A DNA stretch of 44,560 nt from Octopus bimaculoides (Eukaryota). The stretch covers positions 88,815,406 through 88,859,965 of the forward strand of contig NC_068982.1 of NCBI RefSeq assembly GCF_001194135.2, read 5' to 3'. The notes under the pieces are model-generated. The model saw nothing but the letters and a program-made list of their open reading frames with translations. It searched no databases and was not told the origin of the DNA. A program made the translations under genes and the position numbers. Shown here piece after piece: positions 22,938-35,130 of the stretch (position 1 is the first letter of the stretch; each line of letters opens with the position of its first letter).

Positions 22938-23504
22938 GTAAAGGAACAATTATATCAATCACTAAACAAAAAAAAAAGAAACGAACCGACACGTACCTAG
23001 GAAATAATTGCATCTGGAAAGGGGTTTGATTACGAGGTTCTCGATTCATTGCTTATGAATGCTATCTTACTATACCGTAACTTGAACAAGTATCTTCTAT
23101 CATGGACTAAAGGAGACGTAATATTTTTTGCAAGATGTGTAGACAGCAATTGTGCAGAGTCTGCCAGAGTATTTTTCCAATTAATGCTCATTTATCATCA
23201 CCTTCTGCCTCATATATTGTATCTGTTGTATTCATTCGACCAGATTTCCAATCTGAAAATAACGCGAGTCGTGGTTTACAAGGTTTATGGTTCCTTTATA
23301 TCACTACAATTAGGTCATCTCTGATGAAGCAATTAATAAAATAGGCGCTAACGATACGAAAACAACGAGACAATAATGTAAACCATTAAAAACATTTTCT
23401 ACGCTATTCACTTATAAAATGTTCTATAAATTAAGCGGCCTAAACTCCTGGGGCAAACACACATGCACAAACACACGCACACAAACACGCACACACACAT
23501 ATAT

Positions 23505-23640
23505 ATATACAACGTGTTTCTTTCAGTTTTCCCCTACCAAATACACTCACAAAGCTTTGGCCGGGTGCCACACAGCGGTACTGAACCCGGAACCATGAGG
23601 CTGGTAAGCAAGCTACTTACCACACAGTCACTCCTGCGTC
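23505..23640 (-). mobile_element. tRNA-derived CORE-like SINE with internal deletion
   Basis: Revcomp head GCAGGAGTGACTGTGTGGTAAGTAGCTTGC...GGTTCCGGGTTCAGTACCGCTGTGTGGCACC joined directly to CGGCCAAAGCTTTGTGAGTG...GAAAACTGAAAGAA. Confidence 0.7.
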
Positions 23641-23652
23641 TATACATACATA

Positions 23653-23729
<77 letters not shown>

Positions 23730-23897
23730 GTATGTGTAACGTTATATTTCTGGAGAAGTTATAGCGATAAAGATAAAAGCAAAATATGTTTGAACACACA
23801 AGTTCACATCAGATGTCTTGCAAACCAATAATTATGCAAAAGGAAGTAACACACACATGTATATGCACACACGCACACACATATATACATACAAATA

Positions 23898-23929
<32 letters not shown>

Positions 23930-23962
23930 CATACAAACAGATATATATGTATACATATACGT

Positions 23963-24045
<83 letters not shown>

Positions 24046-24104
24046 AATATATATATAAATATATTGATATTTATTTATATATCTATAAATATATATATGT
24101 ACTT

Positions 24105-24155
<51 letters not shown>

Positions 24156-24649
24156 ATGTATGTATGTATGTATGTATTTGCAAATCACATAGTGAAGCAC
24201 GAAAATGAAGATTATAGGTAGGAGGCTAAAGATGTCTGTCGCCAGATAAATATAAATACTTTTCTGAAATATAGTTTGAGGTTTTAGTTGCTGATTGCTT
24301 TCTAATTTAATTTCTTGGCAACTGGCTGCTATTGGTGTAAAAATTGTCAATAAATAATCCAAATTTATCCTCGCGTAGAGTATTACACTGCAAACCTGAA
24401 ACATTGTAACTATCTGAAAATTTGTCAATACTTACCAAGAAGTACACTGCATAGTGAAAGAAGTTGTATCTTCTTTCTACTATCATTATTATTATTATTA
24501 TTATTATTTATTATATCTTTCTTCGTTTTCTTCCTCTGTTTAGACGAACTTTCCTACCTTTTCGGACAAAACCTTTTGTAACCTTGGTCCTGTCTTTGTC
24601 CTTATATGTTTTTAATTGATATTAGCCCTTGTGGCCAATAAAACGAATT

Positions 24650-24650
24650 A

Positions 24651-24715
<65 letters not shown>

Positions 24716-24962
24716 NNNNNNNNNNNNNNNNNNNNNNNNNNNNNNNNNNNNNNNNNNNNNNNNNNNNNNNNNNNNNNNNNNNNNNNNNNNNNNNNNNNNN
24801 NNNNNNNNNNNNTATTATCGTTGTTGTTGTTGTTGTTGTTGTTGTTCTTCTTCTTCTTCTTCTTCTTCTTCTTCTGCTTCTTCTTCTTCTTCTTTTTCTT
24901 CTTCTTCTTCTCCTCCTCTTCTTCTTCTTCTTCTTCTTCTTCTTCTTCTTCTAATGAATGTC

Positions 24963-25003
<41 letters not shown>

Positions 25004-25062
25004 CATCATCATCATCATCATTATTATTATTATTATTAATAATAATAATAATAATAATAATA
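24650..25062. repeat. Compound trinucleotide microsatellite (TAT)-gap-(GTT)-(CTT)-(TAT)-(CAT)-(TAT)-(AAT)
   Basis: Directly visible. Confidence 0.95.
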
Positions 25063-25074
25063 CACACACAACAG

Positions 25075-25560
25075 ATTAGACTGATGGAAAAGAAAAATTC
25101 CTAACAACGGGCTACAACAAGTAACTTTAGATCCGACCTATCCCTAATAACACTGCTTTCTAGAGCTGTACTAAACTGGGTTTTATGCCTATTTCTTTTA
25201 TCCATCTGTTCAAATCTATACAGATAGTTCCCAATGCACCTATAACTACCAGGATAGTTTTACCCGCACTTTCCGTAGTCTCTGTAATTCAGTGGCTAGG
25301 ACCTGGTGCTTTGCTATTTTTTCTATACGTCTCAAATTTATTGTTTTTATCCTTTGGATCCGTAAAGTTAATTATCTGGCACTTTTGTATTCTTTTTATG
25401 TACTACTGTTAAGTCGGGCCTTCTGGCTTTTATTACTCTGTCAGTCTGAATGTTAAAGTCCCTCACCATCTTGTATGTTTTTTACTTTCTAGGAATTTAC
25501 TAGGCTCACGTTCATACCATTTATCAGTATATTCAAATCCTAGCTTTCTACATATTTCTT
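25075..25560 (-). mobile_element. R4/Dong-clade LINE 3' fragment (REL endonuclease)
   Basis: Minus-strand peptides DKWYEREPSKFLES, DFNIQTDRVIKARRPDL, VVIGALGT, VQL.KAVLLG..RI; ends next to an AAT/TAT tract. Confidence 0.8.
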
Positions 25561-26949
25561 AGTGGATTACTCTTCCTCGAATGTCATGCTACCAACGCAC
25601 ATACACATGAAGACGGAAATGCGACTTCCTCAGAGAAACACCGCCTGGTTATTTAGAATGGAGAAATGAAAGCAAAAAATCTGAGTGATAAAAAGTATTG
25701 TATTTCATTCAAAGACTATTTCATATTAAAGGAGGTCGTTTCAGAGGTGGGACACATATTTTACAAATAGTGGCTGGGTTTTCTCTCAAACCCTACCTAA
25801 TGATCTCTTGAAGTAAAAATGACCCATTACATTATGTACGAGGTTAATTAAAATATTACTGCATGTAAACAAAATACCTATCAACTATTCATGCCCAGCC
25901 ACCAAAAATGTGAATATGGCCATATGTAATGTATATCATATTTAGGACATTGGTTAAAAATAAGCACGAACCTTGTTCATGGGGAATATAATGGATCCTT
26001 ATTGAATATAGTGGCTCATCTCTTTATTTATCAGATGATAATGATGATGATGATGAATGTCCAATGTCCATATACATCATTGACCATTATGCGCTTCTAT
26101 TCTTTTATTGATTACACCCTTCTCTTCATTTCGTACCCATATTGTTTGACTATGTTGTTATTTTCACCTTATTGGGGGGTCTTCCTAGTGGTCACCTGTT
26201 GTTTCTTCGATATCACATGACAGCTGCATGTAGGCTCGAAACATGCCTGGTCCAATAATAGATGCTTTCAAAATTCTGAAGTTACATTGTTTACTTCACT
26301 TCGTCCTAAGGTTTTAAAGAACCGGAAATAATAGTATTTTGAACTATGCTCAGGTGATTCTGCCATCATAATCCCTGCATTTCAATTGTAGTATAAAATA
26401 GTCTATGTATCTATTTACAATTGACGTTCCTTATGTTATTAACCAGATAAACACTTCCATAGAACTTTTGTTCCGATGTCACTTGAATATGATTAAACCT
26501 GCATTTTTCAGTTAACTTTCTGAAATTAATTCTTTTTCTCTTCTAAATAAAGATCTTCCTAGATGCTATCAAGTTTATATTTAAGGTTTCCTTTCTTTTT
26601 CTCTCCCCAAACTATATTGTTACATTGATCCGATTCTTTACCAAGTTCTTGGATGTGAAATCTGTTCAGTGAACTTACCAGTATATCAGAAATATCTTTA
26701 TGTTCCTATGATCACATTAACTTTTTGTGGTTTCACAGAATAATGTTTGTTATTTGTTCTGCTGAAATATCTGCTTCGAACTGTTTTTGATAACTGATGC
26801 ATTTTCAATATGATTCTTTAAAAAAATGTCCTTAGCCATTGGTATGTTTCTCTCTTACCTCACACTAGTTGATACTTGTCTACTTCTATAAGCACAGAGA
26901 CATGCACGCGTGCGCACATACACACACGCACACGCGCACACACACCCAC

Positions 26950-27000
<51 letters not shown>

Positions 27001-27284
27001 AACAAGCAAACAAAACAAAACACTCATTCAAACAACCACACACACACACAGGTAACTAGAAAGTCCGGCCTTGAGAGAAAAAAGAAGTGAAGCACGTTCC
27101 TTCCACGTTTAATTTGGTTATTTTCCTAACGCTCATTAATGGCAACTCCATCGAGAAGGTTTACACGATTTACCTCCACACTTAAATACATATATTTAAT
27201 AATTATATATATAATTATATATAGATTCAGGGGAATAGGGTACTTAAGTTTAGGCACCAGAAATAAGTAGGGTATTATACATAC

Positions 27285-27481
27285 GGTTTCAAAATAAGGT
27301 GATTGAAATCAAAATAAGCAAAAATGACATCCAAGGGTGGAGCACTTGCAGAAAACAGTACTTCTTGGAACTGCTCGAATACTCCAGAAGGTGCTCGAAA
27401 AATAAGAGGTTTTACCTTAGTTCACTGGTGGTGAACAGCTAACACTGTAGTACATCTCCAGCGTTAGAAGCTGCGGAAAGG
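27285..27481 (+). mobile_element. R4/Dong-clade LINE extreme 3' end
   Basis: VEHLQKTVLLGTARILQKVLE* then a short 3' UTR followed by (AAT)n. Confidence 0.75.
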
Positions 27482-27482
27482 C

Positions 27483-27569
<87 letters not shown>

Positions 27570-27578
27570 AATAATAAT

Positions 27579-28249
27579 CGGATGCAGTACCATGCCCGGA
27601 TGCAGTACCATGCCCGGATGCAGTACCATGCCCGGATGCAGTACCATGCCCGGATGCAGTACCNNNNNNNNNNNNNNNNNNNNNNNNNNNNNNNNNNNNN
27701 NNNNNNNNNNNNNNNNNNNNNNNNNNNNNNNNNNNNNNNNNNNNNNNNNNNNNNNNNNNNNNNNNNNNNNNNNNNNNNNNNNNNNNNNNNNNNNNNNNNN
27801 NNNNNNNNNNNNNNNNNNNNNNNNNNNNNNNNNNNNNNNNNNNNNNNNNNNNNNNNNNNNNNNNNNNNNNNNNNNNNNNNNNNNNNNNNNNNNNNNNNNN
27901 NNNNNNNNNNNNNNNNNNNNNNNNNNNNNNNNNNNNNNNNNNNNNNNNNNNNNNNNNNNNNNNNNNNNNNNNNNNNNNNNNNNNNNNNNNNNNNNACATC
28001 CTTAAACAAACCTTATTCAGGGACCTTTTGAGCGGGATGGGCTACTCGACCTGAAGAAAATTCTAACTGGGCCCCACCTGCGAGGTCATGCGCTGTTTAT
28101 CTTGATATGAGATCACCATGTCGCGCACATATGGTTGTGTTGCAATGTGCCTGGTTTACCCTTATCAGACGGGTAGTCATGATGGGTATAATGGGCTTCG
28201 TATATTTTACCCCAGTGTCACTTTGATGGCATGCACTGCTCTCTCACTC
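27579..28249 (+). mobile_element. ~550-nt AAT-flanked retroposon copy with tandemly amplified 18-bp head; middle lies in assembly gap
   Basis: (CGGATGCAGTACCATGCC)x4 plus a partial unit at 27579-27663; 27996-28249 matches the family 3' half, ending CTCTCACTC+(AAT)n. Confidence 0.8.
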
Positions 28250-28293
<44 letters not shown>

Positions 28294-28325
28294 TAATAAT
28301 AATAATAATGATAATAATAATAATA

Positions 28326-29305
28326 AAGCCAGACATACAGATACTTAGGAATCAATGAATTAGATACGGCAAAACACACAAGTGAAAGAAAAGATAAGAA
28401 AGGAATAATATAGACGAGTTAGATTAATACTGAAAATAGAGCTCAATGCGAGAAACAAGATAATAAGTATGAACACTCTAGCTGTCCCAGATATAAATTA
28501 CATTTACAATATCCTTAATTGAAGTCTAAATTTGACTCTAGACAGGAAAACAAGAAAACTAATGTCTGAATTTAGGACCCACCACTCAATATCTGACAAA
28601 GAAAGGTTATATAAACAATGCATTGTAGATGGTAGAGGTCTTATACAGCTAGAGAACTAAAATAACCCCCATGGGATTACAGAAATGCCTATTTCAGAAG
28701 CAGGGAAAACTAGTTCAAATAACCACAAAACACGAACAAAACAAAAAGTTGTCCGTCTTTAAAGAAGCTGAAAAATACAAGAAAAAAAGTAATAATACCT
28801 GACAACTATGGAGAAAGAAAGAAACAACAAAAGTTGTAAAACAACTGCAATCCAAATTAAAACTGGAACAACAAAGTACGATTATAAAACGATGGCAAGA
28901 AAAAACCTTACATGGTAAATATTGAGATAAACTAAACAGAAAAGAAATAGAAAAACTAAACTCATAACAATGGCTGAGAAGCTCAGGACTCAAAGCAGAG
29001 ACTGAAGGATTTTTAATTACTGCACAAGATCAAAGGCTTCCCACCAAAAATCTCCAAAAACACATAAAAAAAACAAACAAGCAAACCAATAAATATAGAA
29101 TATGTAGTGATGGTAAGAAACAATAAATCATATTGTTTTTGGCTGCCAAGTCTTGTCTAAATAGGAATATATACACTGGAAGCTATTGCAACAATATGGT
29201 TTTAACAACAGAAAAAGATGGCATAGGCATCTAGCACACCTCAGAAAAGGTCTCAAAAAATAACAAAACAAACATACCGTGGGATATGCCAATACAGATA
29301 GATAC

Positions 29306-29384
<79 letters not shown>

Positions 29385-29790
29385 GAAATCGAGGCTAATA
29401 AAAAGGATATCGTTGTCAGAGATCCCAAGAAAAAAATACCTTCTAATCGATGTATCAATACCAACAGATGACAAAGTATTTGTAAAGGGAACGGAGAAAC
29501 TTTCAAAATACAAAGATCTTGTAACTCAAATGTGGAGCCTGAAACAATCCCTATAATATTAGGTGCATTAGATATGATAAAAATCATTCAGACAAATATA
29601 AATAAAACATCAGGACTCACGAATGTATATAACATACAGAAAATAGCGTTACTATGCACCGCGCATACCCTACATAAATCACTCAAAGTATGAGCGCCAC
29701 AAGAAACCACAGGCACATAGGGCTGCGCGAGGTAGTGCAGTGAAAGCAGGTGATAAAAATAAGACTACTGAATAATAATTATAATGTTTT
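28326..29790 (+). mobile_element. R4/Dong-clade LINE, 5'-truncated, with 3' UTR and AAT tail
   Basis: Peptides YLGINE, RRVRLILK.ELNARNKI, LAVP, LDRKTRKLM, SDKERLY..GRGLIQLE, LHGKY, SGLKAETEGF..AQDQ, LWDMPIQ.D, REIEANK.DIVV, LIDVSIP.D, EKLSKYKDL, IIGAL; many stops and frameshifts. Confidence 0.9.
29292..29383. repeat. (GATA)n microsatellite inside the LINE REL-coding region
   Basis: Interrupts WDMPIQ.D / REIEANK, preceded by a 10-nt duplication ATACAGATAG. Confidence 0.9.
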
Positions 29791-29819
29791 CTAATTTAGA
29801 CACAATGCCAAAACGTTTG

Positions 29820-29930
29820 AGTGGTGGGGAGCAGTTGACACGACTGAGTTCAGTATTCGACTGGTACATTAATTTTTGATCTTGCGAAGATTATGATCTT
29901 GGGCGGAATATGAACTCACAACATAAAGTC
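29820..29930 (-). mobile_element. Degenerate Meta/MESC-like SINE fragment
   Basis: Revcomp TTGTGAGTTCATATTCCGCCC...AATTAATGTACCAGTCGAATACTG...AGTCGTGTCAACT resembles 43320-43400. Confidence 0.5.
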
Positions 29931-30930
29931 TCAACGAATACGGTCTAACTATGTATACCAATCCAAGCGATAATATTCATTATAAACACGTATTTTAATA
30001 TGCTGCGATGCAATGTGATGCAGACTTGAAGCGCAAATCAAGTATTATGTTTTTGTTCTAGACACTCATCAAGTTATGACTTTTATAACATATTGTAGCT
30101 GATATTAATAACTTTTGAATTGATACTGTTGATAAAACAAAAAGTATAGCAGCCTCTCGGACTCTTTGGGGAGTTCTAGCCACTATGATAAAAATGTGTT
30201 TCATGCATATTCTTGCTTTTCGTTTATTTTATTTCTATTATTTTATTGTCGTTCTTTCCTGCTGCAACTAGTTTATTGTAATAATATTGGCGTACCACTT
30301 TTTTCCAATGTCCTTTGAATTCAATACATTTGAAATATTCTTTGTTTCAGCGAGATTTGTGATGCTTTATCTTTTGTTGCTTTTGTTATAGTATTTTCAT
30401 TTCTCGGCTTTCCATTAAAGATACTTTTTTTTCCAATTTCCATTAGGAATTTCAATAACTGAATTTTCTTTCTATCCTTCTAGTGTCTCTTCAAATATTG
30501 AGAAAATACTTACAAAATATGTACACAAACAACACAAAGTTGTAAAATACACATAGACATACACACCTATACGCATCCACAGGTGTATATGTGTGTTTTG
30601 GTAAATATAATTATTTCATCAGACCTAAAGGTTTTGTGCGGCTGAGTGTAAAGTCAATCATAGTCATCAGTGAGACTAAAATAAAAAGAAAATATTATAT
30701 GTAAGTTAAGATATCTGAAAGAGTTAGATGTTTTCCGTTGACTCTGTTGTTTCCTTCAAGAAACAAGTACTGGCTTCGATTTGACGTTAATCAGCAGAAA
30801 TTTTATCAAAAGATGGCAAGTTGAGATGAACTTAGATTTCTTTCTTTCTTCTGTATTGTAGTGAAGTAGACAATCATATGGAACTTTCCCCTGTCGCAGA
30901 TGTGAATTTGTTCTAGTTTGCATCTTGCAG

Positions 30931-31032
30931 TTTCCAAGCGCGTTTTAAATCAAAAATGTTGGATCTACTTTGGATATAACCAATCAGGTGTTTCAGAAGA
31001 GGAGGGACAACTGGGTTCTATCTTTCAGCATC
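30931..31032 (+). CDS. Candidate 102-nt exon (SKRVLNQKCWIYFGYNQSGVSEEEGQLGSIFQH), phase 1 to 1
   Basis: Acceptor TTTGCATCTTGCAG|, donor CATC|GTAAGA, open frame in non-repetitive sequence. Confidence 0.3.
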
Positions 31033-31084
31033 GTAAGAAAATGTAAAGGGTACATGTTACGCAATGAAGATATATGCAAATGTG

Positions 31085-31680
31085 TGTGTGTGCATATTTT
31101 CAGTTTTATTTCAATATTTCTTACCAATAGAGAAAGAGCCGGTTTCTAACCTAGATACTAAGCTCTTTCATTCGAATTTCAACATCAACAGGGTAATTTT
31201 GTATATATACGTGCAAATTTGTATGTTTTATTCTATGTATGTATTCTCATGCATATATTTGCATATCTAGACATGCTCATATATACTTAATGATAAACTT
31301 CTGGAAAATTTTACAGATTTTTACAGTTCCAGTGATGGCTTGGATCTGTAGTCTTCGAATCAGCTTTCTCCTTTCTGGTTTTGAGAAGCCTAATTTCTCA
31401 TGATTAGTATTTAGGCAATGTGTTACATATCACAGTTCCCCAATAATTACAGGTATAATCCTGAACTTGTAATCTGGATAGAGTAACTGCAAATTTCTCA
31501 ATACTTCAACGTAGGTATCCTCTTTTTCACTGACCTTCAGCTTTATGTTAACATACACTGGACAGCTGACTTCCGCAACTATACACAGTTACCCTTCTCT
31601 ATACGAGATCATTATATCAGGTTTATTATGTTTACATTTTATTGAGGTTTGCACTGGGACATTCTATCAGTACTCCTTAT
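31085..31680 (-). mobile_element. REL-endonuclease non-LTR retrotransposon 3' fragment with 3' UTR
   Basis: Minus-strand peptides HNKPDIMI, VAEVSCP, KVSEKEDTY, LRNLQLLYPDYKFRIIPVIIG, GTVKICKIFQKF. Confidence 0.75.
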
Positions 31681-32665
31681 TATGAGTGACGATGGCTTCT
31701 ACCATACCGTGGGTTCGTATGTATGGATTTATGTATGTATGTAAACACACACAAAAGGCACGCGACTTAATATGTATTTAGTAACTTAATAAGTATTTAG
31801 TGACTTAATAAGACAATTCCAATCCAACAAAAATCTAATTTGTTTTAATAAAAATTTGTGCATGTTCTATATCTGCTCTTGTATAACATTATTCTAATAA
31901 TGTGCTTTCAGTTTCGATGACTACTTCCATCCGAGACCAGAATCCTTCACATATCTGCACTAAATGATCTTGACAGTGGCAGCCTTCACTGAAAAAAAAA
32001 CTGTATTGTGAAAATATCGATTAGTCTCCTTTCAACAGTGCTCCAAACATAGTAGTTAGCAATTTGCAAATTGTTGACATCAGTTCCTCTTGGTCAGATC
32101 TACATTCAACAAATGTGAATGAAAAAGAGGCAGCTTTTTTTAGACGTTATCAATATTATGACATATAGCTATGCAAGTGTATGCTTGATGTGTATGTGTT
32201 TGTCCGTGTGAATAGTTAAGTTTCAAAAGTGAGGGAAGTGGGAAAAACATAAAAGTAACTCTAGTGAGCTGCTTGTTCTAAACTGGAATTTCATTGGTAA
32301 TCAGTTATGTTTATATACTAGGGCTTCACTTGGAATCTAGTGCAGATGTTAATGTTGGTAAATATTCTTAAAAAGATGCAGGGTTTTTAATATTCATCAT
32401 AAATTTAGAATTAGAATTGTGTCTATATAAGTTATTTTACTTCTAATTTATTCTGAGATTAAATATATTGAAAGTTAGATTATGGGAAAAGTATCACTTG
32501 TTGTTTTGCATTTTGTTATCAGTGATTGCAGAAAATTATAATCTAAGACATTCCATTTGTGACCTTGTACTCTTCCGTTCGAGTATAGAGTATTAGGATT
32601 AAATTGCGCAATACATCGTTCCAATGATAGAATTTCTAAAAGCGATATTACACGCGGCCTCAGAG

Positions 32666-32711
<46 letters not shown>

Positions 32712-33517
32712 ATTAACTTTACATTGAATTTATTCTTAATGCGAGTTTTAAAGAGTGCAATTCTATTTTAGCTGTTATTTTTTCAAAGCTATAATAGAAT
32801 TGACAAAGGGGCATATTCAGCATATTATGAGTTTAATAAAAGTAACAACGCAACGGAAAATGCGAGGAATTTAAAAGCAGTATATGGGGATCGGACGTTA
32901 AGCGCAAGCCAGTGTCAACGGTGGTTCCTGAAATTCCGTGCCAGAAACTACAGCCTAGAAAACGAGCCACGTCCTCGAAGATCTGTAGAACTCGATGAGG
33001 ACGTCTTGCAAACACTTGTAGAACAAAATCCCATCGCAACTGTTGAGAAACTAAGAGAGAAGTTTGGATTAGGCCATTCAACCTTTCATCGATACATGCG
33101 CTAGAAGAACAACGGCCATCTTTGGTTTCAAGGCGAAACATATTCTTCCACCAGGATAATGCTCGACCACATCCACCAAGGATAACATTCCAAAGGCTGG
33201 AACAGTTTGAATGGGTACGATGCTCCATCCACCATATTCGCCGGAGATTGACCCATCTGATTATCATTTATTCCGTAGTCTTCATTTGGACGGAAAAAAT
33301 ATGAATTTTGTAGACGAGGTCAGAGCAGTGCTGGAGGAGTATTTTTCGTCACGGACAAGTGAATTTTGGAAGATGGGTCTTGCAATTCTACCAGATAGAT
33401 GAAAGAGCATTGTAGAAAATGAATGAATATATTTAGATTGAAAAAGATCTTTCTATCTTAATTTTGAAAAATAAAATAAATATAAAAGAACCGCATTATT
33501 TATGGGATGACCCAATA
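32712..33517 (+). mobile_element. Mariner transposon relic, internally deleted, right TIR retained
   Basis: HTH region (NI.AVYGDRT..QCQRWF.KF), FHQDNARPH, LHPPYSPEIDPSDYHLFRSL; right TIR AACCGCATTATTTATGGGATGACCCAA followed by TA. Left boundary approximate. Confidence 0.85.
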
Positions 33518-33699
33518 TATATATATACATATATATATATGTGTGTGTTTGTGTGTGTGTGTGCGTGCGTGCGTGCGTGTGCGTGTGTGTTTGTGTATAC
33601 ATATATACATATATAACAAAGTAAAGTTGTAAGGTACTGCACGAGTGGTAATTTATATTATAAAAAGTTGGTTGGAAAATGCAATTTTAAAGATGTTTA

Positions 33700-33745
33700 T
33701 TCACTTGACCGGTTTCAATTTTTTAGAAAAAGATTGTCAAAAGTA
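33700..33745 (-). ncRNA. Degenerate Penelope-type minimal hammerhead ribozyme motif
   Basis: Revcomp TTTACTTTTGACAATCTTTTCTAAAAAATTGAAACCGGTCAAGTGAA: GAAAC-CG-GTC intact, CTGANGA core decayed. Confidence 0.35.
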
Positions 33746-34164
33746 AAATGTAAAACTTTGCATGACGTTTGTTGTGTTAAATACTGGTTATTACAAAAGA
33801 ATTAAAAACAGATATAGATTCTTTGATAATAATGAGAAAATGTTAAAAACAGTTTACAAGAAAGTATTTAAGAAAGTAATCAGAACGGGACTCGAAAAAG
33901 TATTTTGAGTCCAATAAAAATCATGTTTGTTTGGTAGTATATATACACACAGAAGGAGATATATTTAAGAATTTACAAAAAACTGTAGAGAAATAACTGA
34001 CCTGTCTTTCTGACATTTTCTCTTGTGTGTAGCTNNNNNNNNNNNNNNNNNNNNNNNNNNNNNNNNNNNNNNNNNNNNNNNNNNNNNNNNNNNNNNNNNN
34101 NNNNNNNNNNNNNNNNNNNNNNNNNNNNNNNNNNNNNNNNNNNNNNNNNNNNNNNNNNNNNNAG

Positions 34165-34252
34165 CATTGTGTGATCAAAAGCCACTTTTTTGTTTCTGGG
34201 CTAGGCTGTCATGTTTCAGTGGTTTTAGGGACTGGTCTTAGTGGTCAGAATG
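34165..34252 (+). CDS. Candidate exon 3' part (HCVIKSHFFVSGLGCHVSVVLGTGLSGQN); 5' part in assembly gap
   Basis: Open frame after the gap; acceptor-like TTTTCTCTTGTGTGTAG|CT just before the gap (34032/34033); weak donor ATG|GTGTGT; phase 1 fits 37250. Confidence 0.35.
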
Positions 34253-35130
34253 GTGTGTGTGTGTGTCTCTCTGTGCACGTCTCTATGTGTGTGTATATAT
34301 ACATGTATTTGTGTTTCATATTTGATAGGATGGTGTGTGTATATGTGTGCACGTTTGTTTCTTACTGAAACAAGTAAAAGAATACACAGTCGCGCACACA
34401 CATACGCATTTAAATCACAAACAGTAACGAAACATGTCCACTTATGTTCTATTACAGGTACACACGCGAGGCAAGTCTATCTACATACACACGCGCATAC
34501 TAACATTCAAAACACACACACACACACACAAACAAACAAACAAAACAGTACACACCTATATACATCAGCCAGTTATGTAAACAAACTCACTGGGGCGTGT
34601 TGAATTCAATAAAAGAACCTCCCCACTTTGTTAGCGAGTAGCATGAATTCTGCAATGGAGAAACCTAAATTGTAACAGGATACATACATACACACATACA
34701 CACATAAAGACGAATACTGGATGGCAATGACATTTAAGGGATATATCATTAACATTTATAATTTATGGATAAAAGCAAGATTTTATACAGAACAATTGCA
34801 ACTTTGTTTATAATTACCAAACTACAGCCAGATGCAAGACCCTTCGAAGCCAGATCCAAGATCATTAAATGGCCTGTTACATATTTTAGTTGCTTGTTAA
34901 AGACTCTATTACTTGATCGGAATATATTCATGTAAAGTAATTTTCATCTTATCATCGTAAGAAAATTTTATTACCTGATCTGAATGTTATGTAAACTATT
35001 TCTTGAGTCGTCACAGAGGACACACATGCCTGAAACTTTTTCTTGTCTTTGTCAAAGACTCTACCACTTGATTGGAATACATTTTTGTAAACTAATTTTT
35101 GATATCACATAGGATACACAAAATCTCACA

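Noticed and set aside
22575-22949. 124-aa minus-strand ORF as a gene
   Set aside because: No recognisable domain or convincing donor; its 3' part runs into the duplicated flank. The + strand exon reading has better splice signals.
23049-23324. ORF containing LNKY...GDVIFFA, vaguely like cyclase GD..KFAGD
   Set aside because: Spacing and position relative to the other motifs are wrong and there are no clear splice sites; likely coincidence.
24436-24446. 11-nt minus-strand microexon (TTCACTATGCAG|TGTACTTCTTG|GTAAGT)
   Set aside because: Good signals, but it is antisense to the inferred host gene and has no partner exons; such short matches arise by chance.
26215-26255. Hammerhead-like ATGACAGCTGCATGTAGGCTCGAAACATG...GTC
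   Set aside because: The core lacks CTGANGA and no stem I is found; at most a decayed relic.
27579-27663. CRISPR-like array (also 15621-15689)
   Set aside because: Contiguous tandem units without spacers, in eukaryotic DNA with no cas genes.
31135-31185. Hammerhead-like fold in the LINE 3' UTR (ATGAAAGAGCTTAG-TAT-CTAGGTTAGAAACCGGCTC on the minus strand)
   Set aside because: A stem II-like hairpin and GAAAC are present, but the catalytic core and cleavage triplet are non-canonical.
32039-32169. Acceptor-led open frame APNIVVSNLQIVDISSSW... with a VDIS motif
   Set aside because: It ends at a stop with no good donor and its phase does not fit the neighbouring candidates. Worth rechecking only if the 7-T run near 32135 is a sequencing error.
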